NCBI GenBank assembly: GCA_024720975.1
Contig: JANJXX010000007.1
Coordinates: forward strand, 448 to 58,117
Length of the DNA: 57,670 bases
From: Thermoproteota archaeon
Lineage (GTDB): Archaea > Asgardarchaeota > Njordarchaeia > Njordarchaeales > Panguiarchaeaceae
Direction of reading: 5' to 3'
This document shows, in pieces, positions 1-9,568 of the stretch; position 1 is the stretch's first letter; each line of letters begins with the position of its first letter. A program made the translations under genes and the position numbers. Under the pieces are notes generated by a model, which saw nothing but the letters and a program-made list of their open reading frames with translations, ran no database searches and was not told the DNA's origin.

Positions 1-159
1 AGGCTTCTGAAATGTAACAGTTGTGGATATGAAAACGATAGAGACATAATAGCATGTTTAAACCTCTTAAAAAGAAACCCAAGATGTGGGGAGTCTCCGT
101 TGCCCCCGAAAGCCACCGATGAATTTAAAGAGGTGGAACGGATAGTTATAAAAAGTTAA
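1..159 (+). mobile_element. tnpB: 3' end of a TnpB (IS200/IS605-family RNA-guided nuclease) CDS, truncated by the window edge
   Basis: Frame 1 reads RLLKCNSCGYENDRDIIACLNLLKRNPRCGESPLPPKATDEFKEVERIVIKS*. This has a CxxC zinc-ribbon half followed by the RuvC-III motif DRDxxAxxNL. Absent from the ORF track. Confidence 0.85.
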
Positions 160-205
160 CTATCCGACAACGGCACCAGAACTAGGGGTTCGGGGCGCAC
201 CCCCG
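80..205 (+). ncRNA. Putative TnpB omega/reRNA scaffold and element right end overlapping the tnpB 3' end
   Basis: GC-rich TGTGGGGAGTCTCCGTTGCCCCCGAAAGCC, a 10-bp inverted repeat CGGATAGTTA(139-148)/TAACTATCCG(157-166), a GGGG-CGCA-CCCC hairpin and a T7 run at 214-220. Boundaries approximate. Confidence 0.5.
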
Positions 206-401
206 CATTTAACTTTTTTTAATTCAATTAGTGTGGTGGTTTGATTACTAGGAATAATACCCGATGTGTTGACTATATACTAGAATTTGAGAAGCCTTTC
301 TTTCATTGGTAAAGTAATTTCAATGAGCTTAGAGCCAAAAACTCAGCATACTTGGAACTCCGATCAATCAAGCAGTTATGATTTGCTGTAGTTGGTGCTT
401 A

Positions 402-1400
402 ATGCGCTTCAAGTACGTTATATACCCAGACAGAGAGCTGTATCCATTTTTTATGGAAGAGATAAGGTCTGTTATCATGAATGCTAAAGTTATGCTTGAG
501 CCAAAAAAGATAAATAATGAAAAGCTTTTTGTTGAATCAAATGAAGATATATCTAGGTCTATTCTTCGCTTGGCATCAGCAAGCAAAGCTTTCCTCCTAA
601 TCGATGACATTGCTCGTATTCATGAGTTACTTTTGAGCGGTTTCTGTTCAAGAATTGGGCATTACATTCCCTACACTATACGATTTCTAAGATTTCATGA
701 AAATGTTTGCGAAGCTAGGAAAATCCTCAGGGAAATAATCCAAATGTCCCCACTAGTTAGAGTTTCATTAAATGCACCACAATTGGAGTTAGATTTATTG
801 CCAGAAGGACTTGGAGTAAGAGTTCCTGTTGGAAGGGACGTCGCACTTAGCAGGGATCCTAAGTATAGGCCATATGCACCTCCAGCGACAATGAGCAGTT
901 TGCTTTCAAGGTTGCTAGTGAACTTGACGGGTCTCTCCCCTGGACAAACATTCCTTGACCCCTTTTGTGGAACAGGCTCTCTGGCACTAGAGGCGGCAGA
1001 TATGGGATTGAAGGTAATATGCATCGATATTAATCTCAAAGCTATAGAGGCAGCTGAAATGCTTTTGCATGAATACTATGGTTTCAAGGAGGTGAATCTC
1101 CGTGTTGGAGATGCCAGACACTTGCAATTGGAGGACGATTCAATTGATGGAATTGCAACAGACCCTCCGTATGGCATAAGTTCATCAACATTTGGCGCAG
1201 TACTAATTGATCTATACAGAGACTTCTTACTTGAAGCATATAGAATCTTGAGGAGCAATTCTCGCCTAGTTATATGCCATACGCAATCAGTTCCCATTGG
1301 GAAACTTGCAGCTGAGATAGGGTTCGACTATGAACTTATGTTCTCAATGAGAGTTCACTCCAGATTAACAAGGTTTATCTCAATATTGAGAGCAAGATGA
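402..1400 (+). CDS. trm11: tRNA (guanine-10) N2-methyltransferase (Trm11/TrmG10 type)
   Basis: LDPFCGTGS SAM motif, DGIATDPPYG, C-terminal RVHSRLTR. Start moved to ATG 402. Confidence 0.85.
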   Translation: MRFKYVIYPDRELYPFFMEEIRSVIMNAKVMLEPKKINNEKLFVESNEDISRSILRLASASKAFLLIDDIARIHELLLSGFCSRIGHYIPYTIRFLRFHENVCEARKILREIIQMSPLVRVSLNAPQLELDLLPEGLGVRVPVGRDVALSRDPKYRPYAPPATMSSLLSRLLVNLTGLSPGQTFLDPFCGTGSLALEAADMGLKVICIDINLKAIEAAEMLLHEYYGFKEVNLRVGDARHLQLEDDSIDGIATDPPYGISSSTFGAVLIDLYRDFLLEAYRILRSNSRLVICHTQSVPIGKLAAEIGFDYELMFSMRVHSRLTRFISILRAR

Positions 1401-2147
1401 TGATTTCTGCAGTTTTTTGATGATCATTTTAGTAAATCCAATCAGACTGTGTGCCTCCCTCCCTGTTAGAAATGCTCGCCGTGCGAAATTTATTAGTATG
1501 CGTCTATATATCTCCTTCTTCGGTTCTGGGAGTTTTTCAGAGACCATGTCCAAAAGCAAAAGCACATTCCTGATAAGTATCTCCCTCTCCAGGTGTGTTG
1601 CAGGCCTATACGGCAATTCTCTGAAAGTCTTTGCTAGCAAGGAAAGCTCATAGGCACATATAGCTACAGCATGTGATAAGTTCAATGAAGGATAAGCTGG
1701 ACTTGTGGGCACAGTAATTACTAAATCGCATTTCTCTAAATCTCTATTACTCATCCCTCGCTCCTCGTTTCCGAATAGAATCGCTATCCTGGAATTCTGA
1801 GGGAGTATTGCTCCTCTTAAGCTATCAATGGGTATCGCAATTCGTAGTGGATTTTTTTCACTCCCAACTTTAGCAGTTGTTCCGAGCAGGAAGTCTATTT
1901 TCTCGCTGTTTATGAATTCGTCTAGGGTTTCATAGATCTTAGCCCCAATCAAAACATCTCTTGCACGCATGGCTCTTCTAATGGCTTGTTCTCCTATCTC
2001 AGTGAGGGGCTTAATAAGGACTAATTTTTTAAAACCGAAATTTTTAATTGCCCGCGCTGATAAACCTATATTCCCGGGGTATTTTGTTTCTACGAGGACG
2101 AAGTAAACATTTTCAGCATAATTTGTTAATGTACTCTGACTATACAT
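1380..2147 (-). CDS. trmJ: SPOUT tRNA 2'-O-methyltransferase, TrmJ/TrmH group 1
   Basis: VLVETKYPGNIGLSARAIKNFG, LFGNEERGMSN, YPSLNLSHAV motifs. Confidence 0.88.
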   Translation of the reverse strand: MYSQSTLTNYAENVYFVLVETKYPGNIGLSARAIKNFGFKKLVLIKPLTEIGEQAIRRAMRARDVLIGAKIYETLDEFINSEKIDFLLGTTAKVGSEKNPLRIAIPIDSLRGAILPQNSRIAILFGNEERGMSNRDLEKCDLVITVPTSPAYPSLNLSHAVAICAYELSLLAKTFRELPYRPATHLEREILIRNVLLLLDMVSEKLPEPKKEIYRRILINFARRAFLTGREAHSLIGFTKMIIKKLQKSSSCSQY

Positions 2148-2169
2148 TCAGACCAACTGAGGGATAACA

Positions 2170-3279
2170 TTGACTAGCTACGCACTTGTACAATATACTT
2201 TCAAAGATTTAGGTATAATATTCGAGATCCCTTACTTACAACTTATAGTTTTAGAGGCCTTATGTAAGATCCCACCTGGAAAGGTTACTACTTACAAAGA
2301 TATCAGTACTGCATTAGGGGATGGCATTGCATCAAGAGCGGTTGGTTATATAATGAAGACTAATCCCCTCCCGGACAGATATCCATGCTACAAAGTCTTA
2401 GGTTCAGATGGTAGTCTCAAAGGATATAGCCTAGGCATAGAGAAAAAATTGAGCCTCCTCGAGATGGAGGGTATAGAAGTCAGACATCAGAGGATAACCA
2501 ACGTTGGAAAGTATCTAGTTGATCCTTCAGAACTTCAGATTCCACCAGTTCTGTCTTCTATGAAGGGGGTGCAAGAACTCTTAGCAAATAAGGTTTCCTT
2601 AACTACGGAGAGAAGAGATATACGTTTCGTCGTAACATTTGATTTATCATTCCTAGACGGTCCTCCAGACATAGGAATAGGGGTTGGATGTGCCTTCGAT
2701 CTCACTGACAAGAAACTACTAGGAGTAGGAATAAGCTTTGTGCCAACATTTATTCCTTATATACCAACATATCTAGCTTTCAGAGAACTTCCGGCGGTTC
2801 TTGTATGTCTATCTGCAATAAAGAAACACATTCCTAGAATTGATGCTCTAATCCTCGATGGTCAGGGAATACTTCACCCGAGGGGTTTTGGTATAGCGTC
2901 CCATGTGGGCGTACTAACGAACATACCTTCAATTGGAGTAGCGAAGAGTCTGCTAGTTGGAAAAATACTAGACACATGGATACACAAGGGTAAAATAAGG
3001 TATACGCCGATAATTCATGCAGACAAAATAGCAGGATTCCTTGTAGTTCAAGGTAGGAATAAAATCATAGTTTCTCCTGGTCACAAGTTCTCTCCAGAGG
3101 ATGCCTTAGAGTTTGTCACTAGACTCGATTGGCCGAACAACGAATCGGAACCACTTATAATCAGGCTCCCTCATAGGATAGCTTCGCGATTAAGAGACTA
3201 TGCTAGAAAATCTGCCGAACAATTCAAGAATGATGCAAAGAAACAGCGGTCTCTACAAGACTTTTTAATTAATGCATAA
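2170..3279 (+). CDS. O6-alkylguanine-DNA alkyltransferase / endonuclease V fusion
   Basis: N-terminal IPPGKVTTY..RAVG..NP..PCYKV (AGT). C-terminal PYIPTYLAFRE, DGQGILHPRGFGIASH, IGVAKS (EndoV). Confidence 0.88.
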   Translation: MTSYALVQYTFKDLGIIFEIPYLQLIVLEALCKIPPGKVTTYKDISTALGDGIASRAVGYIMKTNPLPDRYPCYKVLGSDGSLKGYSLGIEKKLSLLEMEGIEVRHQRITNVGKYLVDPSELQIPPVLSSMKGVQELLANKVSLTTERRDIRFVVTFDLSFLDGPPDIGIGVGCAFDLTDKKLLGVGISFVPTFIPYIPTYLAFRELPAVLVCLSAIKKHIPRIDALILDGQGILHPRGFGIASHVGVLTNIPSIGVAKSLLVGKILDTWIHKGKIRYTPIIHADKIAGFLVVQGRNKIIVSPGHKFSPEDALEFVTRLDWPNNESEPLIIRLPHRIASRLRDYARKSAEQFKNDAKKQRSLQDFLINA

Positions 3280-3287
3280 CCTACTGC

Positions 3288-3294
3288 TTTATAA
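3288..3294 (+). promoter_or_regulatory. Probable TATA box of rpl15e
   Basis: TTTATAA about 70 nt upstream of the rpl15e ATG in a short intergenic region. Confidence 0.5.
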
Positions 3295-3365
3295 TGGTAA
3301 AACGGCAGGTATGATAGTGATAGACGCTAAGAATACCCGGAGAATGAGGGGTAGAGGTAACTCAA

Positions 3366-3983
3366 ATGGGTGCGTACAAATACATACAAGCGTTCTGGGC
3401 TGACAAATCATCGGAGGAATTTACGAAAATAATGAGGGATCGGTTGATACAATGGAGGAAAGAAGCTGCGGTCGTCAGAATAGAACGACCAACCAACATA
3501 ACAAGAGCACGTAGGTTAGGGTGGAAGCCAAAGCAGGGGTTTATACTAGTTAGGGTTCGCGTCAGGAAAGGTGGACAGAGAAAACAGAGACCCAGAGCTG
3601 GTAGAAAAAGTAAAAGGTTAGGAATTAAAGGTCATACTGTTGGAAAATCGCTTCAATGGATTGCTGAAGAAAGGGCGGCTCGAAAATATCCCAACTGTGA
3701 AGTTCTAAATTCATATTGGGTAGGCGAGGATGGACAATATGTTTGGTATGAAGTTATTCTTGTTGAATCAAGCAACCCAGTAATACTAGCCGACAAAAAC
3801 ATAAACTGGATTGCCAGCAATAAGCATCGCGGGCGTGTCTTTCGTGGTTTAACATCGGCAGGCAAAAAAGCTCGTGGTCTGAGAAATAAGGGCTTTGGTG
3901 CTGAAAAAGTCCGTCCATCGCGTAGAGCTAGGTTAAAGAGACAGGCAAGAAAGAAGCACCCAACAAAGGTAAAATTCACCTAA
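3366..3983 (+). CDS. rpl15e: 50S ribosomal protein L15e
   Basis: MGAYKYI start, [40 protein letters not shown]. Confidence 0.98.
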   Translation: MGAYKYIQAFWADKSSEEFTKIMRDRLIQWRKEAAVVRIERPTNITRARRLGWKPKQGFILVRVRVRKGGQRKQRPRAGRKSKRLGIKGHTVGKSLQWIAEERAARKYPNCEVLNSYWVGEDGQYVWYEVILVESSNPVILADKNINWIASNKHRGRVFRGLTSAGKKARGLRNKGFGAEKVRPSRRARLKRQARKKHPTKVKFT

Positions 3984-4020
3984 TTCTGGTGTCAAGCTCT
4001 TTGAAAGCGGTAAATTTGCA

Positions 4021-4623
4021 ATGTCTCATATTATTGTTCCTTTTAACACAAGGTTTTTAGTTACTTGTCAACAACGCTATGAACTGGATGCTGCTTCAGA
4101 AGTTTGGCATTGTCTCTATGTTTCTGGTTATGGTGAAGATATAGAGGTACACTTTATAAGAAAGTACGATAGAGCAATAGCAGGACTTATTGCGATTGTC
4201 TTTAATGGCGACCCTATTGAAGCTATTGAAAAAATGCGGAATTACTTACTCAAAAAGCCCTGGATACTTAGATACACGCACAAGATAATTCCAGTAGAAT
4301 TTGTAACCAATTCTATTGATGCATTGTTAACATTCATTCATGATAAAGCTAGGCTTAGGATAAAAGAGGATGATCACTGGAGGATCTCCATTTCAAAAAG
4401 AGCCTCAAAAATCTCGTCAAAGAAACTGATTGAACAAATCGCCCACACTATAAGCTGGGGTAAGGTATCTCTTCAAAATCCTCAGTGGATTGTAAATGTT
4501 GAAGTTGTAAGGGATGTATTTTTGGCTTCCCTAATAAAACCAGAATGGATAATTCACAAGAAGACACTTATGAACACTATCCTTAGAGTGAAGCCACTGG
4601 AATACGTAGACAGACCACCCTGA
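4021..4623 (+). CDS. THUMP-domain RNA-binding protein
   Basis: LRYTHKIIPV, WRISISKR and KVSLQNPQWIVNVEV match the THUMP pattern. Confidence 0.75.
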   Translation: MSHIIVPFNTRFLVTCQQRYELDAASEVWHCLYVSGYGEDIEVHFIRKYDRAIAGLIAIVFNGDPIEAIEKMRNYLLKKPWILRYTHKIIPVEFVTNSIDALLTFIHDKARLRIKEDDHWRISISKRASKISSKKLIEQIAHTISWGKVSLQNPQWIVNVEVVRDVFLASLIKPEWIIHKKTLMNTILRVKPLEYVDRPP

Positions 4624-4637
4624 CTGGAGAGAGTTAC

Positions 4638-5222
4638 TTAACGATACTCCCCTAACGCAATTGAGAGTGGAATTCGCAGCTTTGATTTAGTTTTAGCAAG
4701 TTTTTCATAAACCCTTATATACATCATAGCGACGCGCGGATAACCAAGCAAGTAGCTTACAATAGCAAGATTTAGAAGCACACTCATTATGTTGTATCTG
4801 TTATTGAGGAGAATTCGGAGGGCATTGTAAGCCAAATTTAAGTACCCAGTTTCGATGAGGACATCAGTAAGACCCGCAAGTAAATCAGGATTCATCTTAA
4901 GTGTGTCTATGATCTTTTCTCCGAGTCTATTAAATTGGATATCAAATCCAACTAAACAAACATTTTTCAAAAACTCAAGCCCAAGCTCGAAGCTTAGCGT
5001 GCTCGTTATGAGGTGCATTATAGTCCTTTCTATTTTCTCGTAGTGTCTAGTGATCTCCCTTAAGATGGCCCTCTTTTCGCATGTCTTTACGTTGGGCGTA
5101 AGAATGGCTGAAGCGAGATATTTGCTAATGTCAAGGATATTGAGAAAACTTGAGTAAATCTCCTTAGAATCTACTTTTGGATATTCGCATAAAATATTCA
5201 AGAGGTTTTCAAAAGAACTCAA
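4638..5222 (-). CDS. Hypothetical helical protein, possible TPR-like repeats
   Basis: 194-aa ORF downstream of rps19e. LLNLAIVSYLLGYPRVA resembles a TPR helix pair. Confidence 0.55.
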   Translation of the reverse strand: MSSFENLLNILCEYPKVDSKEIYSSFLNILDISKYLASAILTPNVKTCEKRAILREITRHYEKIERTIMHLITSTLSFELGLEFLKNVCLVGFDIQFNRLGEKIIDTLKMNPDLLAGLTDVLIETGYLNLAYNALRILLNNRYNIMSVLLNLAIVSYLLGYPRVAMMYIRVYEKLAKTKSKLRIPLSIALGEYR

Positions 5223-5242
5223 GGCTATCCGGATTTTATCCT

Positions 5243-5713
5243 CTATTTTAGAATCCCCGATTCACGAGCTATGCGTGTAGCTATGCGATCAAGGAGGGAG
5301 CGTCCCGCGCGGGTTAGTCGGCGTCCGATACAAATCTGCTGAAGTTTTGGATGGGACTGGTAAACTTTTTCAACGAGCCCAGATTTCTCAAGCTGTTGCA
5401 TTATCGTCCGGATGATTTTAGCCCCGGCTGGGGTTTTTATTTTTGGTCTATGTCCTCTATCTTTACAACCTCCATAGTGATATCTTAACTCTCCAACGCC
5501 AGTTATTCTTCGCTTGTAAATTTGGTATAGTATCGATGCTGCCCGATAATACCACCAGTCAGGCTGGTCTGGAGATCTCTCCCTGTGGGCACCAGTTTTA
5601 ACAAATTTAGCCCATTCAGGAGGAGTTATATCCTTTATGTTTTTGAGTTCATCTTTAAGCTTTTCAATGAATACGCTTGGAGGGATATCATAAGGTGTAG
5701 CCATATAGTTCAC
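5243..5713 (-). CDS. rps19e: 30S ribosomal protein S19e
   Basis: PPEWAKFVKTG.HRE, DWWYYRAASI, IIRTIMQQLE. Confidence 0.97.
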   Translation of the reverse strand: MNYMATPYDIPPSVFIEKLKDELKNIKDITPPEWAKFVKTGAHRERSPDQPDWWYYRAASILYQIYKRRITGVGELRYHYGGCKDRGHRPKIKTPAGAKIIRTIMQQLEKSGLVEKVYQSHPKLQQICIGRRLTRAGRSLLDRIATRIARESGILK

Positions 5714-6012
5714 CTCTTAAGTTCAAGCTTCTTAATTCTCTGCCCGAGGGATCGGTGATGGGTTTTACCGCATTCTGAGCACTTGAGAGTCAACACACCT
5801 TTTTTGGTGGTTTTCGCGTGTGTTTTGATTTGTGTTATAGGTTTCTTTGAATATCGACCCTTATTTCCATGTCCTCTGCGTCGTCTCTCAGCTCTTCTTT
5901 GACCTTGTGATAGTGCTCTCCTCTTAGGTGCTGTTTTGTAAATCGAAACTGAGTGGTTCGTATGTTTGTTGCAGTGGGGACAGTATGTTCTTAAACTTTT
6001 GGGAATTAGCAT
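5710..6012 (-). CDS. rpl44e: 50S ribosomal protein L44e (eL42)
   Basis: MLIPKSLRTYCPHCNKHT.H.V and KTTKK...LKCSECGK. Start at ATG 6012. Confidence 0.95.
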   Translation of the reverse strand: MLIPKSLRTYCPHCNKHTNHSVSIYKTAPKRRALSQGQRRAERRRRGHGNKGRYSKKPITQIKTHAKTTKKGVLTLKCSECGKTHHRSLGQRIKKLELKR

Positions 6013-6132
6013 CAAAATCCCCCAGCAAATGCTTACTAACTCCATTAATAATTCAATGGATTTTAATATCTTCACAAAGTACTGAAAATATTGATGCTTG
6101 TTATGTTCTAATAAAAACAGGTGCACATTATA

Positions 6133-6477
6133 ATGCTTGCTGAAGACGAAGAACTAGAATCACTAATGTTGCGAAGGAGACAGCAATTAGAGCAGGAAAT
6201 GAGACGAAAAGCCGCTGAAGAAAGACGTGTGCAAGCTGAGCTACAACGGGAAAGCATTCTAAGACAAATATTATCAAGCGAGGCTAGAGAGAGGTTAACA
6301 CGTCTTAAGATGGTCCGCCCTCAGTTTGCGCGAGTTGTTGAGGATCATCTTATCGCACTTGCCCAAGCTGGACGTATTCAATCGATAATAACGGATGATC
6401 AATTAAAAGAGATTTTAAAGCAACTTTTAAAGCATTTCTCGGCAGGTAGTGGTAGGGTCGAAATAAGGCGGAAGTAA
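6133..6477 (+). CDS. PDCD5-family DNA-binding protein
   Basis: ILRQILSSEARERLTRLKMVRP and ITDDQLKEIL. Typical neighbour of rps19e/rpl39e. Confidence 0.9.
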   Translation: MLAEDEELESLMLRRRQQLEQEMRRKAAEERRVQAELQRESILRQILSSEARERLTRLKMVRPQFARVVEDHLIALAQAGRIQSIITDDQLKEILKQLLKHFSAGSGRVEIRRK

Positions 6478-6633
6478 ATGGCAAGGGTCAAGCCATTAGC
6501 CAAAAAAATTAGATTAGCAAGTGCTTCAAAGTCGAATAGAATGCCCCCTCTATTCGTTAGAATTAAGACCAACTTTAGAGTCATAAGATCACCAGCACAA
6601 CGCAATTGGAGAAGAGTAAAGATTAAGCCATGA
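6478..6633 (+). CDS. rpl39e: 50S ribosomal protein L39e
   Basis: Hand-translated 51 aa MARVKPLAKKIRLASASKSNRMPPLFVRIKT...RNWRRVKIKP, below the ORF-track cutoff. Confidence 0.95.
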   Translation: MARVKPLAKKIRLASASKSNRMPPLFVRIKTNFRVIRSPAQRNWRRVKIKP

Positions 6634-6644
6634 GGTGTTAGTAC

Positions 6645-7187
6645 ATGGCGGCTCAAGATTCAAGAATCGAAGAAGAATCTGAAATTGAGAAGAAGAAAGA
6701 ATCTGTTGAGGAAATCTCTCGAAAACGGATGCAAAAGAGAGGGATCCGCAAGAGGGGCCCGGGAAAAATGTCAGACATAATCACGGACAAATACAAGGAC
6801 TATGACGACGAGCGCTTTATTACACTTCATTTCTCTCCAGATCTACTCAAAAAAGCTCCTAGATGGAGGCGTGCTCAAAGAGTAGCTAAGTATGTACGTG
6901 AATTTGTCATAAAGTACGTTAAACACATAGAGGGCACGATCGAGAGCGAAGGCGGCATTAAAAGACGGATGAAACTAAGAATCTTGGAACACAGGGTTTG
7001 GCTTAGTCCTGAAATAAATGAGGTAATATGGTCAAGAGGAGCAGAAAATCCACCTAAGAAGCTAAGGCTTCGCATTCTGGCAAAAGTTGAGGAAGTAATT
7101 CGCGACGCTGAACAAAGACCCATAGGGTTCAAGGCTGAACTGCGGGTATTCCCGGCAATATCAAAATTAGCACCAAGTGGAGAGTAG
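6645..7187 (+). CDS. rpl31e: 50S ribosomal protein L31e, extended form
   Basis: APRWRRAQRVAKYVREFV and INEVIWSRGAENPPKKLRLR. Follows rpl39e. Confidence 0.9.
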   Translation: MAAQDSRIEEESEIEKKKESVEEISRKRMQKRGIRKRGPGKMSDIITDKYKDYDDERFITLHFSPDLLKKAPRWRRAQRVAKYVREFVIKYVKHIEGTIESEGGIKRRMKLRILEHRVWLSPEINEVIWSRGAENPPKKLRLRILAKVEEVIRDAEQRPIGFKAELRVFPAISKLAPSGE

Positions 7188-7189
7188 CT

Positions 7190-7738
7190 TTGTCATTGGA
7201 CGAAACCAGTATTGATGAATGGCTCGGTTACATAAGGAAAAGAATAGAAGAAATAAACGCACTGATAGATAGACTCGAGAGGATAATTAAACATTATGAA
7301 AAACGTAGGTCTAAAGTAATTGATAGAGACATTTATAAACTTGAAGCAGTGATCGAGGAAGCTGATGGCGAGCTGGAAGTTAGAATCTACATGGCACCAA
7401 AAATTGACATAGACCCGAAGTATCTGTTTGCGATATATTTCACAGACTTCTTTCCAGAACTACCAACATTCTTGTTAGATCCAAGTAAAAGCAGAATTCT
7501 TGCAAATAGGGTAGTATTATTCTTTAGGGTCCTACCAGATCTTTTTGATGCCGACATCCCGCGGCGATTAGCGAAGATAGATAAATTTTGGAGAAGAATT
7601 AGTGACCCAAACGTAAGAGCAGAGCTTGATGGAATTCTATCAGAGCTCTTTGAGCTCATCAAAAAAACGGATCCCGACTCTCAGCGAAGGGTAAGTTTGC
7701 TAAAAATGAAAGTGAATGACATACTACTTTACGAGTGA
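7190..7738 (+). CDS. Hypothetical protein
   Basis: 182-aa ORF 2 nt after rpl31e with an N-terminal coiled coil. Confidence 0.7.
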   Translation: MSLDETSIDEWLGYIRKRIEEINALIDRLERIIKHYEKRRSKVIDRDIYKLEAVIEEADGELEVRIYMAPKIDIDPKYLFAIYFTDFFPELPTFLLDPSKSRILANRVVLFFRVLPDLFDADIPRRLAKIDKFWRRISDPNVRAELDGILSELFELIKKTDPDSQRRVSLLKMKVNDILLYE

Positions 7739-7873
7739 GCATACGACATTCTATAGAAGAGTGACTCTGAACTTTTTTTGGGCGCATTTTGCTGCTGAAG
7801 CTTATCAGATAGTTCGCCTCTGAATTGCTACTTTATATCAGTATTTTTTGTTTGTTAGTAGGTGCTGAGAAAG

Positions 7874-8761
7874 ATGACTACATGTGTCATCCCAGCTGCT
7901 GGGTATGGAACTAGACTATTACCTGTGACGCGTTTCCTTCCTAAAGCTGTTTTACCTCTGGGAACAATGCCGATCATAGTAGACATCTTATGGGAGGCCT
8001 ATCGAGCAGGGATACAAGATGTGATTTTGATAACACACTGGAGAGAGAAAATCGTGGAGGAGATATTTCAAGATGATTCTGGGGAATTAATCCAATGGCT
8101 TAAGCAGAGAGGTCGCAATGATCTCGTTGAAAAACTAGTGAATTGTCTACCGAAGTTAAATCTGATTTTCTTGCATCAACCAAAACTCAATGGCCTAGGA
8201 GGTGCGATATTGCTAGCGGAGAGGTACATCGAAGACATTTTTGTGGTTATGTTAGCTGACAATGTAATAATTGAAGTCGAAAAAGGGAGTCTAATTGAAG
8301 AAATGCTTAAAGTGCAGAAGTCGACAAAGGCTTCTACAGTATTATCAACTGCAAAAATTGACTGGAAAGACGTTTCCAGATTTGGCGTGATAAAATTTAG
8401 CAAAATTGAGACGATTGATAATGTAAGAGTTTATTGTATTGAGGATCTGATTGAAAAGCCACCACCGGAAAGTGCTCCTAGTAACTTTGCTATCGTTGGG
8501 CGTTATGTGCTCACGCCCGAGATCTTTGATTATCTCCGACAGGTACCAGAGGAAAAAGGAGAGATCGATGAAACGAAGGCTTTTAAAATGCAACTCGTTG
8601 ATGGTAAAAAAATCATCGCGATCGATTTGGATTATCGAAAGTGGTTTGATGTCGGTAATATAGAGGGGTATTTTAAGGCATTCCTAGCGTTTATACTACG
8701 AAAAGAAGGGGAAGACAAGGTTGAGCAGTGGATTCGAGAAGTCTGCGAGCCTGCTCATTGA
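7874..8761 (+). CDS. galU: UTP--glucose-1-phosphate uridylyltransferase-like nucleotidyltransferase
   Basis: VIPAAGYGTRLLP.T..LPK, GLGGAIL, LIEKP, SNFAIVGRYVL, WFDVG. Confidence 0.8.
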   Translation: MTTCVIPAAGYGTRLLPVTRFLPKAVLPLGTMPIIVDILWEAYRAGIQDVILITHWREKIVEEIFQDDSGELIQWLKQRGRNDLVEKLVNCLPKLNLIFLHQPKLNGLGGAILLAERYIEDIFVVMLADNVIIEVEKGSLIEEMLKVQKSTKASTVLSTAKIDWKDVSRFGVIKFSKIETIDNVRVYCIEDLIEKPPPESAPSNFAIVGRYVLTPEIFDYLRQVPEEKGEIDETKAFKMQLVDGKKIIAIDLDYRKWFDVGNIEGYFKAFLAFILRKEGEDKVEQWIREVCEPAH

Positions 8762-9506
8762 TAGTATAGTTCCGATATCCCTAAACGACGTCGTAGGTGA
8801 AGTAAGTTTTGTTATATTCTTCTGTGGGTGCAATTTTAGATGTCCTTACTGCCAAAACTGGCCAATCATCGAGCAAGCGAATAGAATATGCAGTGTTAAG
8901 CACGTAGATGTAATAATAAAAGAAATTGAGGGTTTCAAAAAATTTATCTCTTATGTGCAGGCGAGCGGAGGAGAACCCACACTCCAGGCAGACTCAATAA
9001 AGATTCTCTTCCAGCGCGTAAGATCAGAAAATTTAAAAACATCACTAAACACTAACGGCTCGAATCCCATTGCAATTAATGATCTTATCAGAAGCCAACT
9101 TTTGGATCATTTAGCAATGGACATAAAAACAAGCTTGAATCCAGAAAAATATGCCAAGGCAATAGGATTGCCCATCGAGATATCAAAGGCTTACATAGAA
9201 AGAATCGTGAAAACGCTTGAAATCGCAAGCAAGATGGACTTTATAGAGGTGAGGACAACGTACGTACCAGGACTTGTTTGTGAGAGCGATCTCATCGAGG
9301 TAGCAGACACGCTTGCCTCATATCTCTCTAAAAAGAGGCACTTTTACGTAATTCAGCAATATGTTCCTAATCAGAACGCACCCGATCCAAAATTTAGAAA
9401 GGGAAATATACTAGATCACAGCAAGCTGCAGGAAATTGCCTTAAAAGTACGAGAGAAGTTACCGAATGTTGTACTCAGACATATGGGTGGAGTAGAGTAT
9501 CTCTAG
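8721..9506 (+). CDS. Radical SAM glycyl-radical activating enzyme (NrdG-like)
   Basis: GCNFRCPYCQN (CxxxCxxC), SGGEPTLQ, TNGS, MDIK, EVRTT. Confidence 0.8.
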   Translation: MSSGFEKSASLLIDSIVPISLNDVVGEVSFVIFFCGCNFRCPYCQNWPIIEQANRICSVKHVDVIIKEIEGFKKFISYVQASGGEPTLQADSIKILFQRVRSENLKTSLNTNGSNPIAINDLIRSQLLDHLAMDIKTSLNPEKYAKAIGLPIEISKAYIERIVKTLEIASKMDFIEVRTTYVPGLVCESDLIEVADTLASYLSKKRHFYVIQQYVPNQNAPDPKFRKGNILDHSKLQEIALKVREKLPNVVLRHMGGVEYL

Positions 9507-9510
9507 AGAG

Positions 9511-9560
9511 GATCAGCGCTCCAGACTTGTCATCATGAATCAGAAGCGCCTTCTCATCAC
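9511..9560 (-). ncRNA. Box C/D guide sRNA
   Basis: Minus strand GTGATGA-GAAGGCGCTT-CTGA-TTC-ATGATGA-CAAGTCTGGAGCG-CTGA gives C, D', C' and D boxes with canonical spacing. Confidence 0.9.
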
Positions 9561-9568
9561 GAATTAGA

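Noticed and set aside
6013-6126. N-terminal extension on rpl44e (similarly 15146-15205 and 46799-46855)
   Set aside because: Conserved N-termini and RBS positions indicate downstream starts. The extensions cover promoter or neighbouring-gene DNA.
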